From Patescibacteria group bacterium (GTDB taxonomy: Bacteria; Patescibacteriota; CPR2; UBA1875), in the NCBI GenBank assembly GCA_041737595.1, contig JBGSRK010000009.1, positions 1-64,000 on the forward strand: 64,000 bases of DNA, read 5' to 3'. A program made the position numbers and the translations under genes. Shown piece after piece: positions 8,748 through 18,556 of this stretch. Position 1 is the stretch's first letter. Each line of letters opens with the position of its first letter. A model generated the notes under the pieces. The model was given only the letters and a program-made list of their open reading frames with translations, was not told the DNA's origin and did not search any database.

Positions 8748-10376
8748 TTATTTGCTTTCTTTTCTATATTTAGGTTGGTTTGATCTAAATTTAGGGGTGA
8801 TCCAAAATACATCGAGTTTTTTTCCAAGCATCAATCTTGTTTGAGATTCAAGTGCTGGGAGTGAATTAAGAAATATTGCAGTAATGGGAGCAAAAAACCA
8901 TTGTGTAACCATTAAAATATTTCTCCATGCCCCATAATTTTTTGGCCTTTCTGGCAAAAGGATAAATGATATCCAAACATTGGCAAAAAGTCCAACCCAG
9001 GCGAATCTAAGCATTTGAGAGATATATATCATAATATTTTGAGCAAGAATGGTATCTTGAAACGCTGTATTTAGTTGTAATGGAATCCAACCTAAAGCCA
9101 AAACAAATGAACTAGTTGACCAAGAGAAAGTACCAGAAAAATGTCTCCATATTTGTAATAATCTTTCGTGAAGTGGAATTTCCTTATGCTCAATCGATTT
9201 TGTTACGACATATGGAAAATCTGAAACACCCCATGCCCACCTTCTTTTCTGCATATATTGATTTTTGAATGAAAGCCACTGACTTTCACCAATAACTGCA
9301 TCCTGATACACAGGAAGAAGTAACGGGACCATATAATGGTCACCATTAAGTGCAAAATATGTTCTCCAATATTGATGACCGTCCTCAACAATGGTTTTAA
9401 CTGACCAAAAATCTGTCAAAAGCAACATTTTAAGTGTTTGTGAATGTGCCGCAAAAGTCCTAAGTCTATATGCGCGCATTGCTTCGGTCATAAGCCAAAA
9501 AGAAGAACCAGCGGCGGTTACTCTATTCATTGCTGGCGCATCCCAAATATTATTAAAAAGAAGAGCCACTGGCTGATAAGTTTTTTTATCTCGATTTGGG
9601 TCTATTACATAAGAATATGTCAGTTTTGCAAAAAATTCTTTATGTACAATATGATCTGCATCTAAATTTGTAACAATTGTTTTTTCTGTATTTATTTTCC
9701 CCTTAAATTCTTTCCAAAAAAGTCTCATGGCACTAGTCATGTTTGGCCCCTTACCAACAACTTCACCTTCCTTAACGTGATGTAAATACCATCTAAATTC
9801 TAAAAATTTATTAGCGTATTTTTTCTCGATAATTTTAATATCTTTTTTAAATGTTTTTTCATATGCAGCCTCTGCAGCAATAACAACAATTAACTTCTTT
9901 TGTGGGTAATTAGCATCAAGCAAAGATTTTACAGTGGGTTCTAATATATCTAACCTTTCTTTTGATACTGCAACCAGTGCAAGATGATTTATGTCTTTCC
10001 AATTTAAGATCTTTTTTTGCTTACCAGATAAATTTTGGATATCGAGCATTTCACGATAATTTTGGCTTTTTTTATTTTTTTGGTATCTACTTTCTAAATA
10101 TTTTTGCAACTCTTTAATATTTTCAGTTCTTTCACACATCTTAAGCCAATTCAATTTCATATTTCTTCTTAAATGGATAAAGCCAGTAATTAAATGTCTA
10201 GAAATATTTAAACTTTTTATTAACCAATAGAATGCATAACTTAAAAGAAAAAATGCTAATATGCTTGGAGCAAATATCCCAAGAATAATTGGAGAAAAAA
10301 TAAATGACCAAGCTAAAAATCCTGGTATTATTTCTAAAAGTCTTTGGAAAAATTTACTTTCTACCCAAGTTTTCAT
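8748..10376 (-). CDS. Membrane glycosyltransferase family 2 protein
   Basis: GKGPN, LDAD (DxD), IVED, QKRRWAWG (QxxRW), flanking TM helices. Confidence 0.85.
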   Translation of the reverse strand: MKTWVESKFFQRLLEIIPGFLAWSFIFSPIILGIFAPSILAFFLLSYAFYWLIKSLNISRHLITGFIHLRRNMKLNWLKMCERTENIKELQKYLESRYQKNKKSQNYREMLDIQNLSGKQKKILNWKDINHLALVAVSKERLDILEPTVKSLLDANYPQKKLIVVIAAEAAYEKTFKKDIKIIEKKYANKFLEFRWYLHHVKEGEVVGKGPNMTSAMRLFWKEFKGKINTEKTIVTNLDADHIVHKEFFAKLTYSYVIDPNRDKKTYQPVALLFNNIWDAPAMNRVTAAGSSFWLMTEAMRAYRLRTFAAHSQTLKMLLLTDFWSVKTIVEDGHQYWRTYFALNGDHYMVPLLLPVYQDAVIGESQWLSFKNQYMQKRRWAWGVSDFPYVVTKSIEHKEIPLHERLLQIWRHFSGTFSWSTSSFVLALGWIPLQLNTAFQDTILAQNIMIYISQMLRFAWVGLFANVWISFILLPERPKNYGAWRNILMVTQWFFAPITAIFLNSLPALESQTRLMLGKKLDVFWITPKFRSNQPKYRKESK

Positions 10377-10378
10377 AA

Positions 10379-10792
10379 TTAGTTACCTAGTAACTTCCCA
10401 AAATTAACTATAAGTACAACTACAATCAAACCTAAAAAAATATTTGTTGATGTTAATATATAGCTGATAATTTTCTCTTTTTTATAAATAGATTTTGAAA
10501 GAAATATATTTAAAAAAGTGATTAGGGTTAAAAAAACAGGTAATCTGTATAAATCATACCAAGAACCAAGACTAGTAACTCCAAAAAAAGAATTATATTT
10601 TATTGGAACCATATAATTACTAATTTTAAAATAAAAAATTGATAAGCCCCAAACAACAGTAATAACAATACCCGAAAAAAATAAAACATATCGAATAATA
10701 TTATCCTTAAAATAAGTATCTGAAAAACCTTTTAATATAGTTTCTTTAAATTTTGTTATTTGGCTCTTAAAATATATATCGATTCTATTCAT
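10379..10792 (-). CDS. Hypothetical membrane protein
   Basis: Three hydrophobic segments; VPIKYNSFFGV loop; abuts the GT2 gene. Confidence 0.65.
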   Translation of the reverse strand: MNRIDIYFKSQITKFKETILKGFSDTYFKDNIIRYVLFFSGIVITVVWGLSIFYFKISNYMVPIKYNSFFGVTSLGSWYDLYRLPVFLTLITFLNIFLSKSIYKKEKIISYILTSTNIFLGLIVVVLIVNFGKLLGN

Positions 10793-10869
10793 TTTGCCTA
10801 GGTATTCTACTATAAAATGTTCATTTTTAAAAGATAAATACGATTAAAACATCTGTAATATTATTAAAA

Positions 10870-10946
10870 TGGTGACCCCGGGAGGATTCGAACCTCCGAC
10901 CTAGACGTTAGGAGTGTCTCGCTCTATCCAACTGAGCTACGGGGCC
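10870..10946 (-). tRNA. tRNA-Arg (CCT)
   Basis: GGCCCCGTAGCTCAGTTGGATAGAGCG-AGACA-CTCCTAA-CGTCT-AGGTCGGAGGTTCGAATCCTCCCGGGGTCACCA; CCA encoded. Confidence 0.95.
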
Positions 10947-10957
10947 AAAAAACAAAT

Positions 10958-11545
10958 TTAATACATTACTTTATGATCAGCTCTATCCCATTCATATATT
11001 TCTTCTTCAGAAAACCAATGACCAATTTCATGTGTAGCTTCTTCTTTTGTTTCAGAAGCATGAATAAGATTCTTTATCGCTCTCTTTTCAACGTTTGCGG
11101 CACCAGAAGAATCTGTAGAATAATCTCCTCTTATGGTACCAATTTCTGCTTTACTAGGTAAAGTCGAGCCAACGATTTTTCTTACCATATCAACCGCATA
11201 AACACCTTCTATAACCATTGGGACAACAGGAGCTTCTGTCATATAATCCATTAACCATTTTCTTACTTCTTTCCCTGCCTCTAAATTATCATTTGTCCCC
11301 ATCACTTCCATAGCATCCATCCCAAGCTCTTTAAATGTGTTAAATCCCTTATCCCCAAGTCTCCTTACCCATGCTTCATCTGATGGATAATGTGCGTTAA
11401 CATGATCAATTGATGGTTTAACCATTTTAAGTGCAATAATTTTAAAACCTCTTTGTTCAATACGTTTAATAATTTCACCAGTTAACCCTCGTTGAACTGC
11501 ATCAGGTTTTAACATTACAAACGTTCTTTCTATATGTTTTGGCAT
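10958..11545 (-). CDS. ndk: Nucleoside diphosphate kinase
   Basis: ERTFVMLKPDAVQRGL, GTIRGDY, NLIHAS. Confidence 0.95.
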   Translation of the reverse strand: MPKHIERTFVMLKPDAVQRGLTGEIIKRIEQRGFKIIALKMVKPSIDHVNAHYPSDEAWVRRLGDKGFNTFKELGMDAMEVMGTNDNLEAGKEVRKWLMDYMTEAPVVPMVIEGVYAVDMVRKIVGSTLPSKAEIGTIRGDYSTDSSGAANVEKRAIKNLIHASETKEEATHEIGHWFSEEEIYEWDRADHKVMY

Positions 11546-11556
11546 TTTTTCTCCTT

Positions 11557-12810
11557 TTAAGCCAGTATTTTAACAAATTTCTTCTTATCTGAAAAGGGTC
11601 CAATTACTGTAATTCTCAATTTATCTAAGGTAAACAACTCTTCTGCAACTTGAACAATATCACTTTTTTTGATTTTTGAGACTTTTTTAACCATTTCTTG
11701 TGGAGTTTCTATTATATCTTTTAATAAAGAATGCATCATAATATAATTACCAACCTCCTCAGGATTATCATATTTGAGAATAGAAGAACCCTTTATATTT
11801 TCGATCGCACGATGTATCTCTTCGTCAGTAACTGTTTTTGAAAAATTTAAAATCTCTTTTTTAATAATCTCAAGAGATGCAATAGCTTTATCTTTTTTAA
11901 CACCACCAAAAACTCCTAAATAACCACAATCTGAAGCTTCTTCAGTATAAGCCCATACTCTATAAGCCCAGCCTCTTTTTTCTCTAATTTCTGTAAATAA
12001 TCGCGCACTCATATAGCCACCAAGAATACTCGCAATAACTACTAAAACATGACGATTTTCATCTGTAACACTATAACCGGGTATAGAAATACCAATATGG
12101 GCTTGTTCTGTTTTTTTAGTGTGAAGTTCTGTTTTACTTTTATTGAAATTTACCTTTTTCCAATTATTATTTTTCCCTGATGGTAATATTTTTGCATATG
12201 TATCAACCCTCTTAATATAATTTTTAGGTAAATCACCTGCTATAACAATTCTACAGTTGGAACCGTTATAATATTTTCGATAATAAGCTTTCATTTTCTT
12301 TTCATTTGTTGCTTTTATAGATTTTATAAACCCAACAATTTCACGACCCATCTCATTTTTCCCAAAAAGTACTTGTTCTATTTTCCCAAAAATATTTATA
12401 TTTGGGTTATCCTCATACATTTTAGCTTCTTGGATAATTGTCCCTTTTTCTTTTTTTATTTCTATTTCAGAAAGAATTGGTTGAGTGACCATATCTCCTA
12501 CAATATCTAGGGCTAAATCAAAATTATTTACAGATGTTTTTATCCAATAAACAGTATATTCTTTACCGGTAAAAGCATTATACTGCGCCCCTATACTATC
12601 TGCTGCTTTAGAAATTAGTTCAGTGGATGGTCGTTTTTTTGAACCCTTAAAAACCATATGTTCCAAAAAATGTGAAATGCCTGCTATTTCATCACTCTCG
12701 GTGCGTGAACCTGTTTTAAAACCAAAAGCAATCATAACAGATTTCGTACCTGGCATTTTCACGCCAATAATTTTAGATCCGTTTGTTAGTTTTTTTTCTT
12801 CAATTTTCAT
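11557..12810 (-). CDS. M16 family zinc peptidase
   Basis: GISHFLEHMVFKG (HxxEH), NAFT, SARLFTEIREKRGWAY. Confidence 0.92.
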   Translation of the reverse strand: MKIEEKKLTNGSKIIGVKMPGTKSVMIAFGFKTGSRTESDEIAGISHFLEHMVFKGSKKRPSTELISKAADSIGAQYNAFTGKEYTVYWIKTSVNNFDLALDIVGDMVTQPILSEIEIKKEKGTIIQEAKMYEDNPNINIFGKIEQVLFGKNEMGREIVGFIKSIKATNEKKMKAYYRKYYNGSNCRIVIAGDLPKNYIKRVDTYAKILPSGKNNNWKKVNFNKSKTELHTKKTEQAHIGISIPGYSVTDENRHVLVVIASILGGYMSARLFTEIREKRGWAYRVWAYTEEASDCGYLGVFGGVKKDKAIASLEIIKKEILNFSKTVTDEEIHRAIENIKGSSILKYDNPEEVGNYIMMHSLLKDIIETPQEMVKKVSKIKKSDIVQVAEELFTLDKLRITVIGPFSDKKKFVKILA

Positions 12811-12819
12811 ACATTCCTC

Positions 12820-13278
12820 CTAAAAAAGTGCTTTTAAACCTAAAGTTAATATTGATACTATGACGCCTGCAATTAAAACACCAAGAAAAATTAATGGTAA
12901 TGATTTTTTTGGTGGTATACCAAAAACAAAAGCTGCAAGTGCGCCACTCCAAGCACCTGTCATTGGAAGTGGAATTGCAACAAAAGTTACAAGTGCAACC
13001 TCTTCTAACGTTTCAAACTTTTTTGAATGTTTTTTTCTTGTATGTTCAAATAACCACTCAAAAAACCATTTGAAAAATTTAGAATGTTTAGATAAGAAAA
13101 TTGATACTGGGTCTAAAAGAAAAACAATCACAACAACTGGTAACATATTCCCAATTACACTAATTAAAAAAGCTAATATTAAATTCAGATTAAAAGTAGT
13201 TAGAGCGAGCGGGAGTGCTACTCTAAGTTCTCCGATTGGAACCATTGCTATAAGTAATGTTTTAATAATATCGTTCAT
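12820..13278 (-). CDS. Small multidrug export-like membrane protein (COG2426)
   Basis: PIGELRVALP, FVAIPLPMTGAWSGALAA. Confidence 0.85.
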   Translation of the reverse strand: MNDIIKTLLIAMVPIGELRVALPLALTTFNLNLILAFLISVIGNMLPVVVIVFLLDPVSIFLSKHSKFFKWFFEWLFEHTRKKHSKKFETLEEVALVTFVAIPLPMTGAWSGALAAFVFGIPPKKSLPLIFLGVLIAGVIVSILTLGLKALF

Positions 13279-13279
13279 A

Positions 13280-14065
13280 TTACCTCATAAAATATAAAAT
13301 AATAATTAATAATGAAAGTGCAACTCGCCACCATAAAAATATGTTTAAATTATGATTTTTTACATATTTAGTTAGAAATTTGATTGCAAAAAATGATGAA
13401 ATAAAAGCTGCAGAAAATCCCAATATCCACGTTGATGAAAATATTTCAACAGTAGAAACATCCCTGAGCCCAAAAATAGTAGCTCCAAAAATTATTGGGG
13501 CAGCAGCGAGAAATGAATACTTTACTGACGCTTCGCGTGAAAAACCAAGAGCCCGACCAGCTGTAATTGTCGCCCCACTTCTAGAAACACCTGGAATTAT
13601 TGCAACTGCTTGAGATAATCCAACTAAAAATGATTTTAGAATTGTCATATTTTCTATTTTATTAATATTTTTAATACATATATCAACTCCCCAAAGGAGT
13701 AAACCAAAAAATAGAAGGGTTGAAGCAACAATTAATGGATTTCTAAAAAGTGTATTGGCCTTATCTTCTAAAAAATATCCAACAAGTGCCCCCGGAATTG
13801 ATGTTATTACTAAAAATAATATTAATTTATGCTCAAATTTTTTTGTTTTATCAAAAATAGAAAGTATTAAACCTTTCCAATCCGCGAAAAGTGCAACAAA
13901 AATTGCGATCAAGCTTCCAGCATGTAGAGCAATATCAAAAGTAAGACCAGGATCCTGGAATTTAAATATATAAGGTAAAACAACAAGATGCCCAGAAGAA
14001 GAAACCGGGAAAAACTCTGTGAGTCCCTGAATTATGCCTAAAATTAATGCCCAAAAAATATTCAT
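13280..14065 (-). CDS. uppP: Undecaprenyl-diphosphate phosphatase (BacA/UppP)
   Basis: GIIQGLTEFFPVSSSGHL, PGVSRSGATI. Confidence 0.95.
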   Translation of the reverse strand: MNIFWALILGIIQGLTEFFPVSSSGHLVVLPYIFKFQDPGLTFDIALHAGSLIAIFVALFADWKGLILSIFDKTKKFEHKLILFLVITSIPGALVGYFLEDKANTLFRNPLIVASTLLFFGLLLWGVDICIKNINKIENMTILKSFLVGLSQAVAIIPGVSRSGATITAGRALGFSREASVKYSFLAAAPIIFGATIFGLRDVSTVEIFSSTWILGFSAAFISSFFAIKFLTKYVKNHNLNIFLWWRVALSLLIIILYFMR

Positions 14066-14130
14066 ATCTTAACTATTCTATCACTTAATTTGAACGCAAA
14101 AAACCCCATACATTTTTATAGATTTATGAC

Positions 14131-14164
14131 TAATACTTTACTAATGTACATTAATAAAGTATTA
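14131..14164. other. dif-like palindromic site upstream of the Xer recombinase gene
   Basis: TACTTTACTAA-TGTACA-TTAATAAAGTA (14134-14161), 11-6-11 layout inside a 34-bp palindrome with one mismatch. Confidence 0.55.
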
Positions 14165-14210
14165 CAAAATTAGACTTTAGAATAATATTTTTGTGTCGTA
14201 CAATATTTAT

Positions 14211-15146
14211 ATGAGTATAAATGAACTAATTCAGGATTTTTTAGAATATTGTGAGATTGAAAAGGGTCATTCTGAACTCACAATCAGAAATTATGAACAT
14301 TATCTTGAGAGATTTTCTAATTTTATGCAGGAAGGGAAATCGCGTGAGGTTTCTCCAAAACAAATTACTCTCGATAAAATTCGTTCTTACAGACTTTATC
14401 TTAATCGCCTTCCTGGCCTAGCTGATGATCAGATGAAGAAGATAACTCAAAATTATCATTTAATTGCAGTAAGAGCTTTCTTGAAATATTTAAGTAAAAG
14501 AGATATTGAATCTTTGGCACCAGAAAAAATTGAACTTTCAGATGCCAAAAGAAAGCAGATTGGATTTTTAGAACCAAAAGAAGTTGAAGCACTTTTTGCT
14601 GCGCCTCAAAAGTTCGAAAAAAAAGAAAATATTGCTGCACGCGATACGGCAATATTTGAGACTTTATATTCAACCGGACTACGAGTGAGTGAACTTGTAA
14701 ATTTAGATCGAGATAAAATCAACCTAGAAAGACGTGAATTTTCTATTCGTGGGAAGGGGGGTAAGGACAGAGTTGTTTTTATATCTTCGTCTGCAGCAAG
14801 TGCCCTTTCTTTATACTTGAAATTCAGAAAAGACCAAATGAAACCACTTTTTATTCATTATGGAGGTGTAAAAGAAGATGATGGAGATTATATGAGAATA
14901 ACTCAAAGAAGTATTCAAAGAATGATAAAAAAATATGCAAAATATGCTGGTATTACAAAAAATGTCACCCCACATGTGCTTCGTCATTCTTTTGCAACAG
15001 ATCTTCTTATCAATGGGGCTGATATTCGTTCTGTACAAGCTCTTCTGGGCCACTCATCAATCACAACCACCCAAATGTATACCCATGTAACCGATCAACA
15101 GTTACAAGAGGTCCACAAGGCTTTCCATGGGAAAAGGAATAAATAA
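14211..15146 (+). CDS. XerC/D-family site-specific tyrosine recombinase
   Basis: STGLRVSEL, RGKGGKDR, TPHVLRHSFAT, LLGHSSITTTQMYT; start ATG 14211. Confidence 0.93.
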   Translation: MSINELIQDFLEYCEIEKGHSELTIRNYEHYLERFSNFMQEGKSREVSPKQITLDKIRSYRLYLNRLPGLADDQMKKITQNYHLIAVRAFLKYLSKRDIESLAPEKIELSDAKRKQIGFLEPKEVEALFAAPQKFEKKENIAARDTAIFETLYSTGLRVSELVNLDRDKINLERREFSIRGKGGKDRVVFISSSAASALSLYLKFRKDQMKPLFIHYGGVKEDDGDYMRITQRSIQRMIKKYAKYAGITKNVTPHVLRHSFATDLLINGADIRSVQALLGHSSITTTQMYTHVTDQQLQEVHKAFHGKRNK

Positions 15147-15153
15147 ACAACAA

Positions 15154-16905
15154 TTAATTTTTAAATTCAGCTTTCATATATAAACCATAATTCATTATAC
15201 CAAGATAACAAGTTGATTCACTAAGACCATCACAAGGGCCCATTTTCCAACGGAAAAAATAATAATTAGTAGCAGGGGTAGCCTTAAGTACAACATTGCT
15301 ACCCTTAACAATTGATAAATGACAAGATGGTGGATTACAGATTAAAGATGTCCCATCTACCGTAACAGTTCCCTGCTCTTTTATTTCAATATCGAGTGAA
15401 ATGTATTCAGCTGGTGCAAAATTTGCAGTAATATTTTTTGCAGAAGTAATATTTGTAATAGTACAAATTGATTCATTCCCAGAACAATCACCCCCCCAAG
15501 AAGAAAATATATTTCCAGCAACCGGAGTTGCAGTCAAAACAACACTTGAACCCTCACCATAAAGCTCATCGCAATCAGTATTAACACTCCCACAAGTAAT
15601 ACCATCCGCAGTTACTTCACCTTGGCCAGAAGTAACTATTGATACTAAATGGTTTACACTTGAAACTGTTTCATCAAAATATGCAATAAATGACTTGTCC
15701 CTATCCATTGAAATGGTACAGTTTAGATTGTTATTAAAACTGGCACAATCATTCTCCCAATGAGAAAAAACACTATTAAGCCCAGCATTTGCAGTTATGG
15801 ATAAATTAATATTTTTATCTACTGCAATGTATGTCCAAGAACCTAAATTACCAGATACTGTGTTTGAACCAAAAGTAGTATTATCACTACTCCCACCTGA
15901 AACATAAGCAGCAATAAAATATTTACCTTCTGCGGGAGGTGGGAAAGTTAGTACTGGGATTGTAATGACTGAACCCCCACTAGCTAAACCTGTACCTGGA
16001 TATCTAGTTAAATATATATTATCTATATAAATATTATTTGTAACACTATCGGTAATTTTAATAAATGTACCATCACCTATGGTAACACTAGTTTGATTTT
16101 CATAAGAAACTCCAGAAGAATTTGTATAAAAGGAAGCTAATGTAGAAAAATTAATATCGGGACTTGAGCTTACATAATCAACGCATAAATGTTTGTCAAT
16201 ATTATCAAATTGATAAAGTTTCAAAGAGATTGAATTATCGTGAACATATTTTATTTTTAATCGATATTCAGCATATTTATTTATAAGAGTAGCATCTGAT
16301 GTTAAGGGAATACTCAATTTCCCATATGTTTCCTCATTACCAGATGAATCTTTGCGATTTAAACTAATTTTTCCATCACTTCCAAATTTTATATAAAGGC
16401 TTGGATTAGTAGACCCTGGTAAAGTATCTAAACCAAATACTGAATTACCAGAAAAAGTTGCATTATCAGCCCAGAAATCAAATTGGAAATCAAAGCTACC
16501 ACTAACTGACGGAGATATGATAGTATTATTAACAATATCAGAGGGAGTAATTTTTTCGGCATTATTATCTTGGATTATATATTCAATTTTACGAACAACA
16601 TTGTTAGCCTTACCTGTACTAGTAATTTTTGTCCCGTCTCCATTTGGGACATCAACCATCACACACACGTCTTCAACTCCAGTAACACTAATATCCAAAT
16701 CAAAACAAGTTGGACCTACAGCCTCCCCTTTATTTATAACCCCCCATTCAATTCCACTTTTTGCAAACGCGTATGCTTTTGAAGAGTCTTCAATGTTTAT
16801 ACCCATTCTTGATTCTTTTATCATATAACTGGCCATAGTTCCGGATATAATTAAAAGAACTAAAATTATTATTAATGTCCAAAGTAATGCTATTGCTTTT
16901 TTCAT
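15154..16905 (-). CDS. PilX-like minor pilin/adhesin with C-terminal InlB-B-like repeats
   Basis: KKAIALLWTLII N-terminus, SSKAYAFAKSGIE; three repeats of the type LTATP..GxxFxxW..C. Confidence 0.75.
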   Translation of the reverse strand: MKKAIALLWTLIIILVLLIISGTMASYMIKESRMGINIEDSSKAYAFAKSGIEWGVINKGEAVGPTCFDLDISVTGVEDVCVMVDVPNGDGTKITSTGKANNVVRKIEYIIQDNNAEKITPSDIVNNTIISPSVSGSFDFQFDFWADNATFSGNSVFGLDTLPGSTNPSLYIKFGSDGKISLNRKDSSGNEETYGKLSIPLTSDATLINKYAEYRLKIKYVHDNSISLKLYQFDNIDKHLCVDYVSSSPDINFSTLASFYTNSSGVSYENQTSVTIGDGTFIKITDSVTNNIYIDNIYLTRYPGTGLASGGSVITIPVLTFPPPAEGKYFIAAYVSGGSSDNTTFGSNTVSGNLGSWTYIAVDKNINLSITANAGLNSVFSHWENDCASFNNNLNCTISMDRDKSFIAYFDETVSSVNHLVSIVTSGQGEVTADGITCGSVNTDCDELYGEGSSVVLTATPVAGNIFSSWGGDCSGNESICTITNITSAKNITANFAPAEYISLDIEIKEQGTVTVDGTSLICNPPSCHLSIVKGSNVVLKATPATNYYFFRWKMGPCDGLSESTCYLGIMNYGLYMKAEFKN

Positions 16906-17510
16906 TTTAGACTCTCCAAAATAACCTCGGTTTCTATATAAAAATCATCCTTATAAAATGGTGATAATCCATTTATAACACCTGACATTTTTATATTTAG
17001 TTTTGTTAGGCCACTTCTACTATCTGTTATTGAATTATTTACCCAAGCATCGTTTGAATCTACATATCTATTAATTACAAAATTATTTAATTCTACTTTA
17101 TTATCGATGCCAAGCAATTCCTGAGGGTTATTATCCCAGGAATTACATGTTGCAATACCTGTTGACATTATAGAAACGCAATCAGTTGTTTTTAATGATT
17201 TTGAATTGGAATCATAAATAAATTTTGTTGCAGTGGGTGGGGTAATTGGGTCTGTTGAATCGTTTACATTAAAATATAATTCTAAAACAGTACCACTGGC
17301 TGTTGTAGAAATCAAATATTTTTGTGACTGTCTAGATAAACGAGTAAGCATTTCTTCAGCAACTCTAATTTTTTGCTGTGATTCTCTCATTATCCCCGTA
17401 AGTGACCTCATTCTTAAAACAGTAATATAAGCACCAACAATAAGGGTCATAATAACTGAAAAAATACCCATCGCAACTACAAGCTCAATTAATGTTGTTC
17501 CTTTTTTCAT
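16902..17510 (-). CDS. Minor pilin (PilW-like)
   Basis: Class III signal KKG|TTLIELVV. Confidence 0.85.
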   Translation of the reverse strand: MKKGTTLIELVVAMGIFSVIMTLIVGAYITVLRMRSLTGIMRESQQKIRVAEEMLTRLSRQSQKYLISTTASGTVLELYFNVNDSTDPITPPTATKFIYDSNSKSLKTTDCVSIMSTGIATCNSWDNNPQELLGIDNKVELNNFVINRYVDSNDAWVNNSITDSRSGLTKLNIKMSGVINGLSPFYKDDFYIETEVILESLK

Positions 17511-17935
17511 TATTCTTTAACCTTGCTTACATATTGATTAGCTGATATTTGGTAATCTTGTCCTTTATAATTCCATTTGACCTCAGATTTTACTAAAACA
17601 AAATTTGTGCCATTTATTTTATCAGACGTATTACTAGAACTAAGTTCTGTAAAACTATCAGAATTAGTAACTTCAAGAGTATATTTATCAGAATTATATT
17701 TTTCAGTTAATGAATCATTATATGAACTGGCCCCAATACAAGCATTTTTTGCTCTATCAACCCCCTTTGATAACCCTTTTTGTAAAATACCCGTAGCTTC
17801 CGTTTTTTCTCTTGAAATCATAGCTAGATTTGTGACAGCAACAATAAGAGTAATGGTCCCCGCAAAAGTAATTGCTAAGAGTGAAAGGCTAACAACAACC
17901 TCGATTAAACTCATCCCTTTTATTTTAGAGCGCAT
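17510..17935 (-). CDS. Minor pilin (PilV-like)
   Basis: KIKG|MSLIEVVV; start ATG 17935. Confidence 0.85.
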   Translation of the reverse strand: MRSKIKGMSLIEVVVSLSLLAITFAGTITLIVAVTNLAMISREKTEATGILQKGLSKGVDRAKNACIGASSYNDSLTEKYNSDKYTLEVTNSDSFTELSSSNTSDKINGTNFVLVKSEVKWNYKGQDYQISANQYVSKVKE

Positions 17936-18542
17936 AAACATCCCCATTTTGTTTTATCTTTATTTTTCTTTCAGCCTCAGAAGATTTAATTGTTATTTCT
18001 ACTTCAGTTATTGGCGAGAGAGATGAAGGGGCCCAATCTTTTACTGGTGATAATTTTTCTAACCAAGTAGATTCAGTTTGACTCATATAAGCTTTCCCAA
18101 AAGGGGTCGCATAAGAAACATATAATGAATCAATTACCGTTGTAGAATTTACTACAATTTCAGTATTATATGGTGCTAGATTTATTTTTTCAGTTACCAA
18201 AGTAAGATCTGAAGTTATTGTAGACCCGTCACAATCTTTATAAGAGATTAAATTAAAGTTGTTATTTTCAATTAAAACTCCCCACACTTTCGTCTCACAA
18301 CTAGCTACGCTTGGTTCTATTTTACCTTTCATAACAGATATTGCCTTATTTTGAGATTCTCTTAGAGTTGATATTAATTCTTCTGCAACCGAATCAACAA
18401 TAGCTTGCTTTTTCGAGCCAAGGAGTGCAGAAACAGAAATTAATGAAATAATTGCAATAATCGTCATTACAACAACTAGTTCAACCAAAGAAAAACCCTT
18501 TATAAAAGTTTTTTTACTTTTTACTTTTTTATTTAGTTTAAT
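17925..18542 (-). CDS. Minor pilin (FimT-like), probable non-canonical ATT start
   Basis: The frame upstream of the TTG at 18488 reads IKLNKKVKSKKTFIKG|FSLVELVV; GGAGG at 18552-18548; no ATG/GTG/TTG back to the in-frame TAA at 18578-18576. Confidence 0.75.
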   Translation of the reverse strand: MKLNKKVKSKKTFIKGFSLVELVVVMTIIAIISLISVSALLGSKKQAIVDSVAEELISTLRESQNKAISVMKGKIEPSVASCETKVWGVLIENNNFNLISYKDCDGSTITSDLTLVTEKINLAPYNTEIVVNSTTVIDSLYVSYATPFGKAYMSQTESTWLEKLSPVKDWAPSSLSPITEVEITIKSSEAERKIKIKQNGDVYAL

Positions 18543-18556
18543 AATACCCTCCGAGT

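Noticed and set aside
10900-10925. A-C mismatch at the base of the tRNA-Arg anticodon stem as a sign of a pseudo-tRNA
   Set aside because: All other arms, the T-loop and the CCA end are canonical; a single mismatch is not sufficient evidence.
14211-15146. Prophage or genomic-island integrase near the tRNA-Arg
   Set aside because: The sequence is Xer-like, the flanks are housekeeping and pilus genes, and no duplicated tRNA 3' end or phage genes were seen.
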